Virus record (IMG/VR): IMGVR_UViG_3300017642_000077
DNA: 64,000 bases
From: an uncultured virus (IMG/VR IMGVR_UViG_3300017642_000077)
Taxonomy: Duplodnaviria; Heunggongvirae; Uroviricota; Caudoviricetes
Strand: one strand, 5' to 3'
The position numbers and the translations under genes were made by a program. A model generated the notes under the pieces. It worked only from the letters and a program-made list of their open reading frames with translations. It was not told the DNA's origin and ran no database searches. This document shows positions 63,659 to 64,000 of the stretch, one piece after another. The stretch's first letter is position 1. Each line of letters starts with the position of its first letter.

Positions 63659-64000
63659 CCACCCGCTCCCTCATCCTCCACCCCCACGAGGTCCGCGCCG
63701 CGCTCGATGGCCGGCTGCGGCTGATTGTGCGGCCGGTGAAGCCGCAGCCGGAATACCAGGACGCGACAGGCCGGTGGACATTTTGCGTGTCGTCAACGGA
63801 CAAAAACAGCCGCGACAAGTGGAGCTACTGCGTCATTGACGACAACGGCCACCACTACACCGAGCGCGGCCGGGAACGATGCGTATTGTCACTGCGCGAT
63901 CCGTTCGGCGTCCCTGGTGATCGGCTGATCGGGAAAGAGGCCTACTACATCCAAAACACCCACGGACAGCATCGCACCGATGGCCTTCGCTGGGGGTCGT
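63655..64000 (+). CDS. ASCH-like phage protein, truncated by the window end
   Basis: MTTRSLILHPHEVRAALDGR...RPVKPQP...PFG.PGDRL..KE. Confidence 0.65.
   Translation, partial: MTTRSLILHPHEVRAALDGRLRLIVRPVKPQPEYQDATGRWTFCVSSTDKNSRDKWSYCVIDDNGHHYTERGRERCVLSLRDPFGVPGDRLIGKEAYYIQNTHGQHRTDGLRWGS

Larger units (their letters stand above)
2432..64000. mobile_element. Lambdoid (siphovirus-like) prophage integrated at tRNA-Glu, right end outside the window
   Basis: att fragment plus complete tail, head, packaging, lysis, replication, immunity and recombination modules. No integrase seen in the window. Confidence 0.95.

Overview
Bases 1-2280 hold one host gene, a xanthine-dehydrogenase-family molybdopterin subunit. 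Everything after ~2430 is a lambdoid, siphovirus-like prophage that runs past the right edge of the window. Its left boundary is a 3' fragment of a tRNA-Glu(TTC) gene at 2432-2476. High GC and a MucR gene suggest a Desulfovibrio-like host (inference). Left to right: Mtd-like receptor-binding protein and tail tip, tape measure gene cut by an intact IS21, tail tube and chaperones with a -1 frameshift, capsid and scaffold, a ~6 kb opposite-strand accessory island, head-morphogenesis/portal/terminase, lysis, replication, the cro/cI switch with matching OR/OL operators, and the early PL operon (tRNA-Pro, RecE/RecT-like). The most striking observation is a 327-aa intein in the head-morphogenesis gene. 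It has no recognisable in-frame endonuclease, but its antisense strand carries a 310-aa HTH + Vsr/DUF559-like endonuclease ORF whose SD and ATG are the reverse complement of intein block F. Other points of interest are an orphan DGR-type target gene, an acr/aca-like operon, a non-canonical tRNA-like RNA, rex-position defence candidates and an Arc/Ant-like module. All family assignments come from motif recognition by eye, not database searches.
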